Assembly (NCBI RefSeq): GCF_042466665.1
Contig: NZ_CP162102.1
Span: forward strand, 7,595,022-7,659,021
DNA: 64,000 bases
Source of the DNA: Peterkaempfera podocarpi
Lineage (GTDB): Bacteria; Actinomycetota; Actinomycetes; Streptomycetales; Streptomycetaceae
Reading direction: 5' to 3'
Shown: piece after piece, positions 59,909 through 64,000 of the stretch
Numbering within the stretch: the stretch's first letter is position 1
Layout of the letters: each line of letters begins with the position of its first letter
Notes under the pieces: generated by a model
What the model was told of the DNA's origin: nothing
What the model saw: the letters and a program-made list of their open reading frames with translations, nothing else
Database searches by the model: none
Program-made: the position numbers and the translations under genes

Positions 59909-60464
59909 GGACGACCTTCAGCGCGACGACCGCCAGGACGGCGTCGGCGGCCAGGCCGGTCCATGCCGAGGCGGCCAGGGCTGCTCCGCCCAGCCCCAGA
60001 TGCAGACCGATCACCGCTGCGGCCACCGCCGCCACGCCCAGCGTCCTGCCGTGCCCCCGGTGCCTGCCGGGTCGTACTCCGGCAGCGGAAGCCGTGCCGC
60101 CGGCGTCGCCGAGCGGTTCCGCCGACGGGTTCCATGTCACCGTCAGCCGGTCACGTCGGCCGATCTTCTCAAGGCGGGCGGTGGCGGCGTCCCGGAGCCG
60201 TTGCAGGGTCTGCTCGTCGTCGGCCTCGACGCGCAGCGTGAGGGTGTCGGGTGTGGCGTGCAGGGTCCACCTGCCCTCGGCGAAGCGGACGACGCCGTGG
60301 GTGTCGGAGTAGTCGACGTGCTGCACCTGAGGAGGGGTGTGTCCGGCGTGCGGGGCGGTGCCGGGCTGATGGTTCATCAGGGACATCCGGTCGAGGTGGC
60401 GGCAGAGCTGGGTGAGGTACCGGCTTCCGCGGCCGGTTGCGACATGGGCTTCGGCGGTGGGCAT
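59814..60464 (-). CDS. DUF2218 domain protein with hydrophobic C-terminal extension
   Basis: GGAAGAAGGAAG RBS; MPTAEAHVATGRGSRYLTQLCRHL start typical of DUF2218. Confidence 0.55.
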   Translation of the reverse strand: MPTAEAHVATGRGSRYLTQLCRHLDRMSLMNHQPGTAPHAGHTPPQVQHVDYSDTHGVVRFAEGRWTLHATPDTLTLRVEADDEQTLQRLRDAATARLEKIGRRDRLTVTWNPSAEPLGDAGGTASAAGVRPGRHRGHGRTLGVAAVAAAVIGLHLGLGGAALAASAWTGLAADAVLAVVALKVVLMGGHIALGRLAVRRGRSVGLPWTRRRTPSE

Positions 60465-60553
60465 GGTCTTCCTTCTTCCTGGACGGCGGGACGCCGTCGG
60501 CGCGGACGTCGGCGGCGCGCCTCCGGCCACGGGGGCGCTGTGTGCGGTGCTTC

Positions 60554-61183
60554 TCAGATCCTGGTGAGGGCGGTGCGCCAGCCGCGGATGCCCTCCGGGA
60601 GGGAGGGGAGCGCGGTGTCGACGGTGATGGCGTCGATGGCGTCGATCTGCCATCCGGAGGCGAAGGCCGTGCGGATCTCGTCCGGTGTCACCCGGTGCGG
60701 GCGGCCGGAAGGGGCCGGCGGCTCGTCACGGAAGGACAGCACGAAGAGGCGCCCGCCGGGTGTGGTCGCGGTGCGAAGGCTCTCGACATAGGCCGTGCGG
60801 TCGTCACCGCTGAAGCCGTGGAAGACCAGTGAGTCGAGCACGGTGTCGAAGGTCTCCACGAGACGGGCCAGATGCAGCACGTCGTGTTGCAGGAAGCGTG
60901 CGGTGAGCCCGCGTTCCTCCGCCTTTCCGACGGCGATGCCGAGGGCCGAGGTGGCGAGGTCGACGCCGGTGGCGTCCAGGCCGAGGCGGGCTGCCATGAG
61001 GGTGTGCTCCCCGGTGCCGCAGCCCGCGTCAAGTACCCGTCCGCGTATGGATCCTGCTTCGGCGAGGGCGAGGAGGGCCGGCTGGGGCCGGCCGATGTCC
61101 CAGGGAGGAGGGCTTGTGTACAGCTCCTCGGGTCTCCGCGGGTGGGGGCTGCTGGGGCGAGGGGTGGGAGCTGCGTCGGCCAT
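60554..61183 (-). CDS. Class I SAM-dependent methyltransferase
   Basis: VLDAGCGTGEHTLMAARLG (motif I). Confidence 0.75.
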   Translation of the reverse strand: MADAAPTPRPSSPHPRRPEELYTSPPPWDIGRPQPALLALAEAGSIRGRVLDAGCGTGEHTLMAARLGLDATGVDLATSALGIAVGKAEERGLTARFLQHDVLHLARLVETFDTVLDSLVFHGFSGDDRTAYVESLRTATTPGGRLFVLSFRDEPPAPSGRPHRVTPDEIRTAFASGWQIDAIDAITVDTALPSLPEGIRGWRTALTRI

Positions 61184-61495
61184 GGAGGGTTCCCCGTTCT
61201 GCTCGGGACTGTGTGCCGACAGCTTTATCGATACAGAGTGTCTTGGTCAATACGGAATGACTTCGGTGCGTCATTGTGTACCCTTGGAAGGTGTCGAAGT
61301 CGTGGAGCGAGGGCATGGATGCGGACCGCTGCGCGCAGGGGGATGTGGCGCCGCTGATGGCTGCGGGGCGGGTGAAGGTGCCGGAACCACCCCCTGCGTG
61401 GGGACGGTCCTGGGTGCTGACAGCGGTGCCGGTGGCGGAGCACAGGCCGGCAGCGGGGAGCGGACGGCCTCAGCAACTGGCGCCCCGTCACCGCT

Positions 61496-62329
61496 GTGGC
61501 GGAGGCGGGCGTGGTGGACACCGGCACACTCCGGCCGCGGCGAGGGCTTCGAGGGCCGCGCCTCGCTGCGCACCTGGCTCTACCGATCGCCACCAACGCC
61601 TGCCTGAACGCACTGCGGCACGGCAGCCGCCGGGTGCTGCCGGCCGGGCTGGGAGGCCCGGCCACCGACCCGGACGCGCTGGGCCGCAGGGATCCGGAGA
61701 TCCCCTGGCTGGAGCCGATACCCGACGCGCAGGGCGACCCGGCGGCGATCGTGGCCGGGCGGACCGGGCTGCGGCTGGCGCTCATCGCGGCGCTCCAGCA
61801 CCTGCCCGTGCAGCAGCGGACCGTGCTCATCCTGCGGGACGTACTGGCGTGGCCGGCCGAGGAGGCCGCGGGCATACTCGGCATCACCCCGGCGGCGGTG
61901 CACAGTACGCTGCAGCGGGCGCGGGCCCGGCTGGACCGGCTCGACCCGGTCATCGACGAGATCGCCGAGCCGGCCGAGCCGCAGCAGCGCGAGCTGCTCG
62001 ACCGCTACGCCGACGCCTTCGAACGGGCCGACATCGCCTCCCTGACCCGGCTGCTGACCGAGGACGCGGTCTGGCAGATGCCGCCCAACCCGGCCTGGTT
62101 CGCCGACCGGGACAGCGTCGTCCGGCTGCTGACGGCCCGGCTGCGCGGCGGCAAGCGGATCCGGCTGGTTCCGGTGGAGGCCAACGGGCAGCCGGGCTTT
62201 GCGATGTACCTGGACGGCGAGGCCTTCGCGATCCAGGTCCTCACGGTGCGCGGACCGTCCGTCGCCGCCGTCACCGCCTTCCATGACTCCGTCCTGGTCC
62301 GGCGGTTCGGGCTGCCCGACCGGATGTAG
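61496..62329 (+). pseudogene. ECF sigma factor (SigJ / ECF41-like) with C-terminal SnoaL-like domain; the sigma-2 region is frameshifted and 5'-degenerate
   Basis: GEGFEGRASLRTWLY is in one frame and RIATNACLNALR...region 4 (QRTVLILRDVLAWPAEEAAGILGITPAAVHSTLQRAR)...SnoaL-like tail in the next; no intact region 2.1-2.2 is visible upstream. Confidence 0.5.
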
Positions 62330-62673
62330 CCGGGCGCCGCGACGCTGGTGCCCGGGCATCCGCACACCGCCCGCACCACGAGCGCACACCACGACTCGGG
62401 GCCCGCTTTCGAGGGGGAAGCGGGCCCCGTCATACCCGGTCACGGAACCCCCGGCACTCTCCGTGGAGCAGTACCGGGAAGGCGGGGGCGCCGTCCGCAG
62501 CACCGGTGGTCGGCTGCCGGGAGCGCCCTGCGGCCGACCGGTCGGCGATCGCGGTCGGAGAGGGCAACCGCTTCCGATCCGGCCATCAAAAAGCGGTGCT
62601 TTTTTACCACCCGACCCTTGCGGCACGGTGCTAACTTCTTGTCAGTTGTCAGCGGCCGAGCGAGGGTGGACCA

Positions 62674-63108
62674 GTGGCAGGCTCTCCGCACGTCGAGCAG
62701 TTCGCCGCATATCTGCGCATGCTGAAGAACCGCAGCGGCCACGGTTTCGATCGGCTGGGGAAACAGGCGGGCGTCAGCGGATCGAGTCTCCACCGGTACT
62801 GTTCGGGGTACAGCGTGCCGACGAACTACGGAGTGGCCCACACCTTCGCCAAGGTCTGCGGCGCCAGCACGGTGGAGCTCCGGGAGCTCCACCGCCTGTG
62901 GGCGCTGGCGGACACCTTCCGGGACGCCCCGCCGGCTCCGGCTGCCCCGGCCGGCGCCGCCGGGCCCGGGCAGCCGGAGCCGCAGCGGGCTCCCACCGCC
63001 GCCGCGCGGATCACCCGCTATGCGGGATTCGCCGTGGCCGCGGCGGCGGCGCTGACGGTCGCCGGCCTGCTGTCCCGGGTCCGGCGCCCGGCGGACGCAC
63101 GGCGCTGA
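62674..63108 (+). CDS. Membrane-anchored XRE-like helix-turn-helix protein
   Basis: GTG with GAGGGTGG RBS; FAAYLRMLKNRSGHGFDRLGKQAGVSGSSLHRYCSG HTH; C-terminal TM segment. Confidence 0.6.
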   Translation: MAGSPHVEQFAAYLRMLKNRSGHGFDRLGKQAGVSGSSLHRYCSGYSVPTNYGVAHTFAKVCGASTVELRELHRLWALADTFRDAPPAPAAPAGAAGPGQPEPQRAPTAAARITRYAGFAVAAAAALTVAGLLSRVRRPADARR

Positions 63109-63127
63109 GCGACCGGGGCCCCGCAGC

Positions 63128-63877
63128 TCAGACGGTGCCGTCCTCCCACCACCAGGCGCGGCCGAGGTCGGCCCGGCTGTCGACGTGCTGGTGGTCGGCG
63201 GTGTAGGTCTCCAGGCCGGAGAACCCACTGGTCTCCGCCTTCTGGTACACGGTCCGGTTGGCCACCCCGGGCACGTCCAGGTCGGCTGCCGTGCCGTAGA
63301 GGTGCATGCTGTCGCTCGCCCCGCCGACATCGGCGTTGTGGGAGATGCTGCGGAAGCCCGAGTTGACGGTGATCGCGGTGTTGCCCAGCTTCTTGCGGAG
63401 CGCCTCCAGCTTGTACATCAGCCGGCGGACGTTCTCCTTGGTGTCGGCGGCGCTGAGCTTTCCGCCCGCGAAGTCGCCGCTCACCCGGTCGGTGAACTCG
63501 CTCCAGGCGAAGTGGACCGTGGAGCCGTCCGCGTCCTGCAGGGCATTGAGCTGGGTCTGCGTCGCGGGACCGGCGATGCCGTCCGAGCCGAGGCCGTAGG
63601 CCGCCTGGAAACGGCGCACCGCGGCGGCGGTGCCCGGGCCGAAGTCCCCGTCGACGGTCACCCGGGTCTGGCTCGCGCTGTCCGCCGCCCAGCCCGCGAC
63701 CCGGATCTGCAGTTCGGTGACATCGGCCCCGGTGGCGCCCTGCTGCAGTGTGCGCGACCAGGAGTACGCCTGCGCGACACCGGAGAACAGCACCGGGCTC
63801 AGTACCAGGCCGGCACCGGCCCCCAGCGCACCACGCAGCATGGAACGGCGGCTCGGTGACGGAAACGAGGTGGTCAT
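63128..63877 (-). CDS. Tat-secreted peptidoglycan-binding-domain + M15 (VanY / D-Ala-D-Ala carboxypeptidase-like) metallopeptidase
   Basis: SRRSMLRGALGAGAG Tat signal; PG_binding_1-like DGDFGPGTAAAVRRFQAAYGL; SGFRSISHNADVGGASDSMHLYGTAADL M15 motif. Confidence 0.75.
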   Translation of the reverse strand: MTTSFPSPSRRSMLRGALGAGAGLVLSPVLFSGVAQAYSWSRTLQQGATGADVTELQIRVAGWAADSASQTRVTVDGDFGPGTAAAVRRFQAAYGLGSDGIAGPATQTQLNALQDADGSTVHFAWSEFTDRVSGDFAGGKLSAADTKENVRRLMYKLEALRKKLGNTAITVNSGFRSISHNADVGGASDSMHLYGTAADLDVPGVANRTVYQKAETSGFSGLETYTADHQHVDSRADLGRAWWWEDGTV

Positions 63878-64000
63878 CGCGATCCCCTTCTCAACGGTGT
63901 CGGAATGCCGACGGGAACTCCACGATCTGTACGGCGATGGTCGCCGACGCGTCCTTCCGCCCGCTGTCCCGGTCGGGCGCGGGGGCCGGCGCGCACATCA

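Noticed and set aside
1-64000. CRISPR arrays, tRNA/rRNA genes, IS elements, integrases
   Set aside because: No regularly spaced repeats, no tRNA-like cloverleaf candidates, and no transposase or integrase-like ORFs were seen.

Overview
This window is a high-GC (about 72%) actinomycete chromosomal segment of Streptomyces type, dense with genes on both strands, and I found no tRNA, rRNA, CRISPR array or obvious mobile element. In content it looks like ordinary, mildly accessory, Streptomyces chromosome: ABC, MFS and FUSC exporters, glycoside hydrolases and an encapsulin pair that I identify by family.

The clearest system is a xylanolytic locus: a GH11 xylanase with a CBM2 module followed by a CE4 acetylxylan esterase with a near-identical CBM2. 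This is the arrangement of the S. lividans xlnB-axeA pair, and a GH43 beta-xylosidase gene carries similar GAAA-N-TTTC promoter boxes. A DyP-type peroxidase sits immediately upstream of a family-1 encapsulin shell gene, the classic cargo-shell pair. Other well-supported genes include a secreted S53 peptidase, a Tat-secreted protein with two beta-helix domains (GH55-like), a heterodimeric ABC exporter pair, an EF-G paralog, an Ohr peroxiredoxin divergent from a LysR regulator, and a partial sensor histidine kinase running off the left edge. Regulators of the Lrp, TetR, MarR, ArsR and LysR families are often divergent from MFS or FUSC exporters.

Three things stand out in the hunt. A 21-bp motif GTCACC-N9-GGTGAC overlapping a TTGACA -35 element occurs three times, twice in front of ohr and once in front of a tiny unannotated two-ORF operon. 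A TetR gene with unusual codon bias is flanked by two minus-strand promoters whose 17-nt spacers each contain a GACCGGTC palindrome. Several otherwise intact genes are interrupted by single-base frameshifts at short C or G runs: the DyP cargo gene, a nitronate monooxygenase, an MFS gene and an ECF sigma gene, with a possible fifth in an SDR. That pattern points to either consensus indel errors or real pseudogenisation.

Two caveats apply. Every coordinate for a motif or start codon that I read off the printed sequence may be off by one. Starts derived from the ORF track by frame arithmetic are more reliable.
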